From the NCBI GenBank assembly GCA_951406725.2, contig OX597816.1, positions 171,368,001 through 171,432,000 of the forward strand: DNA of 64,000 nucleotides, given 5' to 3'. Positions 58,255 to 64,000 of this stretch are shown here, one piece after another; the stretch's first letter is position 1; each line of letters opens with the position of its first letter. Below the pieces are notes generated by a model. It was not told the DNA's origin. It did no database searches and saw only the letters and a program-made list of their open reading frames with translations. This DNA comes from Octopus vulgaris (Eukaryota). The position numbers and the translations under genes were made by a program.

Positions 58255-58653
58255 CTAGCAGTATCGCCCGGCGTTGCTCGGGTTTGTAAGGGAAATAACT
58301 ATATAAGCATTTTTAGAGAGTTATAGCCAAAAAATAGCAAAAAAATGCATTAAAAATGGGGGGAAAAATTATGGTAAATTTTTTTTTTAATCGTTGACTA
58401 ATTGTAGGCATTTTTAGAGAGTTACTTCCCTTATATAATAGCGAAAAAATGCATTAAAATGGGAAAAAATGATGGTAAATTTTTTTTTAAATCGTAGACT
58501 CATCGTAGACGCGCGCTAATACCCAGAAGGGCTCGATATGAATCACGACTATAAGATACCCGGTTTTGGTTAAACTGCACCGCAAAATGTGGGAGTAGTT
58601 AGGAATCTAAATCGTAGGAGACAGACACATAACTTGACTTTTATATATAAAGA
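58255..58653 (-). mobile_element. Non-autonomous Helitron, third body type
   Basis: CTAGCAGTATCGCCCGGCGTTGCTCGGG at the left; TC start at the right. Confidence 0.8.
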
Positions 58654-58959
58654 TTTCTCCAAGCTGAGTCTGTGAGAACCAGGAACAAAACTGAGTCGTC
58701 ACACACACACACTTTGAATAAATATGGAGTATTTTTTCCTTAACTGCATTTCTCACCAAGATGATATTGCCAACCGTTTTATAACTTTCACCTTGTTTTT
58801 GTAAACGCTGTTGCCATACTTAAAACATACATGAGATTTTATAAAATAATGTTCTAGTTCGTTATTTAATATTCAGTGTCATCTGGTTCTTTTTGCACTC
58901 ACAATATGCCATGGCTAAGCATTTCCTACATAGTACCAACTTAAAACCATCATTTAATA

Positions 58960-61027
58960 TGTATGGTGGAAGGAAGACAGGAAGCGATGAGATGACATCA
59001 CATCAGTGAGTGAAAAGAAAAGTTTTTCCTTGTGCTTGGTTGTTCCTGGGGATGCGAGTAGGGACAGATGCCAGTCATAGAGATAGAGAGATTGTGACAA
59101 CACAGGTGAAGAATTGATCAATCTGCCAGTGGTACCTGATTGCAAGTCGAGGTAAGAACAATTCTATTTACGTGCCTTCAAACCACAAGCTATTTCGGCA
59201 CATTACCTATTTCTTTATTACCCACAAGGGGCTAAACATAGAGGGGACAAACAAGGACAGACATAGGTATTAAGTCGATTATATCGACCCCAGTGCGTAA
59301 CTGGTACTTAATTTATCGACCCCGAAAGGATGAAAGGCAAAGTCGACCTCGGCGGAATTTGAACTCACAACGTAACGAACAATTCTATTTACATGCCTTC
59401 AAACCACAAGCTATTTCAGCACATTTCCAGCTGTGAGGATACGTCCGAGAAGTAGATGTTTTATAATTTTTTTGTTGTTCTTGTTCTTCATTTGTAGCGG
59501 CCACAAAAATCAGAATTGGAAATGATTGTTGAGACCGTTTACAGAGGAAGGCAATGTCGTGGCCTGGATAAAGAAGGTGAGATTAGTGGCGAAAATGCAG
59601 GAAATAAAAGATGTAGCAAGCCTTATGCTATTGTATTTAGAAGGCAATGCATTGAATCTCTACTTGGAGATGGATGAGGTGGACCAAGAGAAAACAGAAA
59701 AATTAAAGAGCAGCTGAAAGACGCATACACAGAGAGGTCTTCTGAAGCCTACTGCAAGCTTAGCAAGGTTAGATGGACCGGTGAGCAGATAAATAATTAT
59801 GCGAGTGAGATTAAGAGATTGGCGTGCCTAACAGGGTTTACTGGAGCAGCGATGGAGCAGATGGTGAAGCTGGCTTCTCTGACCATATCTCTGTATGTCT
59901 GCGGCAGATGCCAGACATTGAAATGACGTCAATAAGGGAGATGATTGATAAATCGCATGTGTTGACACAAAGTGACACTCGGGACATAGCAGCAACAGTG
60001 ATGGTGGTTACGAGTGGGATGAAGAGGCAGGTAACAAACAACAGCAAGCATCTAGTGAGGTGAATGACCAAGGGACCATGTTTCAGATGTCGAGGTCTGC
60101 ACATGGTCAGGGAGTGCACAGAACTAAAGCCAATGATGGTGTGTTTCCGATGTGGCCAGCCTAGGTATATAGCAAAATAACTCCAAGCAGAGAAACAAAC
60201 AAACAAACTACTGTGCTGCTAGTTCCCACCACTACCAATTGAGGGCTCACAACCGAACAATGCTTGTAATGAGACTTAAGGTGGGAGTGAGAGAAGTACG
60301 AGCCCTCGTGGATAAGGGTTGCACAGCAACCCTGGTGACCATAAAAATGGTCGAAAAGTGGAGAAAAAAGACTAAGCTCAGAGAGGTAGATGGTTGGGAG
60401 GTCAAATGTAGGGACATCAGCAATGTGGAAATGGAGATACAGGGGTCCATATTGAGGTTGCAGGCAATTGTAGTTGATGAGATGGTAGACAGTGTCGATG
60501 TAGTGGTCAGAGTGGACATGATCACACTATTAGGAGGTGTGATGGTTGGTGAGGCAGGAGTTGAGTTTGGTGACCGGTGTGCTGTGTGCCATGAGTATGA
60601 AGCAGAGGAAGAAAACTGTAAGAGTGATAAATTACTGGCCCAGAGAGGGTTTTCCGTTGAAGACAAGGACTTCCATGCTGAGTTCAACAACAAAAAATGG
60701 AGTATTTCTTGAAAGGAGAACCTCTCGTACTGAGAAATAGGGTGAGCTGCTATGAGCACACACTGAAAGGAGAAGCCAGATTTGAGTTCGAGACAGAGGC
60801 AAACAGGTGGATAGAAGAGGGCATTCTGATGCCATGGAGTGAAGAAACAATGAGCGGTGAGCTGCCGTTGATGGCTGTGGTTCAGCTGACAAAAAATAAT
60901 GTTCAACCAGTGCTAGACTTCAGGGAACTGAACAAAAGTGTGTCCTGTCATATGGGTGGTGAGGCAGCGGATGTGTGTGGAGAAACCCTTCATGAGTGGA
61001 GACAGATAAGGGGAGCAACTACAATCA
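58960..61027 (+). mobile_element. Gypsy-like LTR retrotransposon relic (gag, protease, RT start)
   Basis: Two Zn knuckles CFRC..H..REC and CFRCGQ; protease ALVD(K)GC; RT LPLMAV.Q..K..VQPVLDFRELNK; stops and frameshifts; LTR limits uncertain. Confidence 0.8.
59205..59376 (-). mobile_element. SINE family B, 5'-truncated, with 49-bp flanking duplication
   Basis: 59156-59204 equals 59377-59425 with 2 mismatches. Confidence 0.88.
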
Positions 61028-61049
61028 TGTGTGTGTGTGTGTGTGTGTG

Positions 61050-61840
61050 TGGCCTTAGAATCAACCTAGCTAAAACCCAAATCCTAATAAGTAGGAAGGC
61101 AAGCAAACCACAAATCCCTTCAGGTAGATGGCCCTGCTCGATCTGTAGAAAAGGTGTAGGTAGAAACTCTTATAAGATGTACCCAGTGTAAGCTATGGAC
61201 ACACATAAGAGGTGCAGCAATATCAAAGGAAGGCTAAATGGGAAGATAGTTTTTGTATGTGGCAAATGCTCAGGAGCAATAAACACTGAAAATGTGCTGA
61301 GAACAACCTCTGCCACATTTCAGGGAGAAAAACTAGAAGTAGTTGATAGCTTCCGTTACCTAGGTGACCAAGTCAGTAGCGGAGGAGGGTGTGCTGAAAG
61401 TGTAGCTGCTAGAATAAGAATAGCCTGGGCAATATTCAGAGAGCTCTTACTTCTGCTGGTGGCAAAAGACCTCTTGCTCAGAGTAAAAGATAGACTGTAC
61501 GACGCATGTGTACGAACAGCCATGCTACATGGCAGTGAAACTTGGGCCGTGAATGCTGAGGATATGTGTAAGCTCGCAAGAAATGAAGCCAGTATGCTCC
61601 GATGGATGTGTAATGTCAGTGTGCATACTCAACAGAGTGTTAGTGCCTTCAGAGAAAAGTTGAACCAAAGAAGCATCAGATGTGGTGTGCAAGAGAGACG
61701 ACTGCACTGGTATGGTCATGTGGTGAGAATGGATGTGGATAGCTGTGTGAAAAAGTGTCACACCCTAGCGGTTGAAGGAACCTGTGGAAGAGGTAAACCC
61801 AGGAAGACCTGGGATGCAGTGGTGTAGCATGACCTTCAAA
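61050..61840 (+). mobile_element. RTE LINE 3' half (Cys/His finger plus C-terminal domain)
   Basis: GLRINLAKT..WPCSICRKGVG..HKRC..FVCGKC..EVVDSFRYLGD..MLHGSETW..RRLHWYGHV..GKPRKTW. Confidence 0.9.
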
Positions 61841-62717
61841 CATATATATATATATATATATACATATATAATATCAATATATATACATAAATATACATAC
61901 ATATATAAATATACATTAGGCAAGAAGTTGAAAGTTTTTTTTTGGCCCATGACACTGTATGGACTCTAAGTTTAGCATGTGTAAAATCTGAATGAAATTG
62001 GTTGGGTAGTTCTCGAATTTTAGGGATTCACACAGACAGACTCACAGACAGACATTTTCAGTTTTATATATTAAGATGGCTATAAAGCGATGGAATTTGA
62101 GCATTATTCTTCAATCTATTATCGTTTACGGTATTAAATTTAAGCTACAAATATAACTTGAACGTAGAGAGAAACCATAGTTAGGTCACAAACATTAACT
62201 AAACAATGTCTACATGATGGTATAGTTTGTAGTGAGGATAGTGTTAATGGCAAACTGTTGATGATGCTGATTAAGATGAGACCGAAGATGAATAGACTTT
62301 AATAGAAAACATATGAAACAGAGATAAACAGATATATATCAGTTGCTCCGAGGAAATCAAAAAAGCCACCCACCCTTCCACCCCTGGGACTGTACAACAA
62401 GCATAGCAATAAACCTAAATTAAAACCATATGTTTCTATTCCCATCAGACCATGTGCTTCTTGGTATACTCCAACAAACCAAAAGAATAAAGTTCTGCAA
62501 CTTTTCAAAGCAGTGATATTCTTAAATCAATTTAAAAAACCTACAGCTGCATTATATTTTGCAGATGATGCAATATCTTCCATTATTGTGAGATACATTC
62601 TGGTCCAACAATAAAATATTTGAAAAGAAATTAGAGGTCAAATCAAATGTCACACTTTGATGACTAAACTCTCGCTAAAAATCAGCAGCTAGAGAGAGAG
62701 TCAATTGACATATTTTA

Positions 62718-63041
62718 AAGACTCCGCCGGTTACGACGACGAGGGTCCCAGCTGATACGATCAACGGAACAGCTTGCTCGTGAAATTAACGTGCAAATGG
62801 CTGAGCATTCCACAGACACATGTACCCGTAACGTAGTTCTCGGGGATAATCAGCGTGACACAGAGAGTGACAAGGCTGACCCTTTGAAATACAAGTACAA
62901 CTCATTTTTGCCAGCTGAGTGGACTGGAGCAACGTGAAAAATAAAGTGTCTTGCTCAAGGACACAACGCGTCGCCGGGAATCGAACTCACAACCTTACGA
63001 TCATGAGCCAAATGTCCTAACCACTAAGCCACGCGCCCTCA
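62718..63041 (-). mobile_element. tRNA-derived SINE family C, full length
   Basis: GTGGCTTAGTGG A-box, GAGTTCGATTCC B-box; TSD CAATTGACATAT at 62702 and 63043. Confidence 0.88.
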
Positions 63042-63576
63042 CCAATTGACATATAAAGTTAGAGAGAAGATCAGCTTGTTATACATTATACAGCTGTTCA
63101 GAATATAACGGAAGATATCACAGAAACTGAAATTGTTAAAGTATATTTTAAATCCAAAATATCAATACAGTCTGAGGAGAACAGACATGAATGAAAAAGT
63201 AAAGATACTTCTAAAAAGCATGACAACTTGACAACTGATGTTGGTTTGTTTACTTCCCCATAACTTAGTAGTTCAGCAAAAGAGGCCAATAGAATAGTAC
63301 CAGGATTTAACAAAGAAAAAAAAAACATTCCTATAACAGTTTGGCAAAAAAAAAACTGATAGAATAAGTACTGAGCTTTAAAAAATAAGCCCTGGGGTCA
63401 ATTCATTCAACTAAAAATTCTTTAAGGTGATGCCCCAGCATGACCACAGTCCAATAACTGAAACAGATGTAAGATAAAAGATATGTACTAGAGTCAAGTC
63501 TTCAAGGCAGACAGCAAGTGCTCCAGCATGGCTTCAGTTCAATGACAGACAAGATAAAAGATAAAAGATAAAACAA

Positions 63577-63900
63577 TCCCACTGCGTGGCATCTTGGGCA
63601 AGTGTCTTCTGCTATAGCCCCAGGCCGACCAATGCCTTGTGAGTGGATTTGGTAGACGGAAACTGAAAGAAGCCTGTCGTATATGTGTATATATATGTGT
63701 GTGTTTGTGTGTGTGTTTGTTCCCCTAGCATTGCTTGACAACCGATGCTGGTGTGTTTACGTCCCGGTCACTTAGCAGTTCGGCAAAAGAGACCGATAGA
63801 ATAAGTACTGGGCTTACAAAGACTAAGCCCCGGGGTCGATTTGCTTGACTAAAGGCGGTGCTCCAGCATGGCCGCAGTCAAATGACTGAAACAAGTAAAA
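63577..63900 (+). mobile_element. SINE family A, 5'-truncated
   Basis: Family pattern; 3' flank identical to that of the 12203 copy. Confidence 0.88.
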
Positions 63901-64000
63901 GACATGTCTTGGACAAGTAACTCTAAGTCAAAGAACATCTTGTGAGTGAATTTGGAAGACAGAAACCGAACGGAAACTGTCAGATATAAGTAAATATGTA

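Noticed and set aside
62340-62620. Possible CR1/L2 endonuclease relic (TLPPLG)
   Set aside because: Too degraded to support beyond one motif.

Overview
This is AT-rich, microsatellite-rich eukaryotic intronic DNA. Its tRNA-SINE, RTE and Penelope repeat complement points to a cephalopod, probably octopus (inference). One host gene crosses the window on the minus strand. Eleven GT-AG exons (50385 down to 2365; 1161 nt, 387 codons, all phases compatible) encode the SH3, DH and PH domains of a PIX-family Rho GEF (ARHGEF7/ARHGEF6-like). Its first and last exons were not found in the window. The introns hold several SINE families, RTE, CR1 and RLE-type LINE relics, two Penelope-like elements (PLEs), a Gypsy-like LTR relic, and Helitron-, piggyBac-, mariner- and Merlin-like non-autonomous DNA elements. 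The most unusual signal is a set of minimal type I hammerhead ribozyme (HHR) motifs with non-canonical but compensatory cores. They carry U3-A8 at 38921 and 47529, G3-C8 at 10229, and C3-G8 with U6 at 20256; a standard CUGANGA search would miss all four. One lies at the apex of a non-coding, rod-folding, terminally redundant 356-nt retrozyme-like unit (38701-39140). The last ~150 nt of the window are identical to 12551-12704, suggesting a large SINE-mediated duplication or an assembly misjoin. All folds and alignments were done by eye, and repeat boundaries are approximate.
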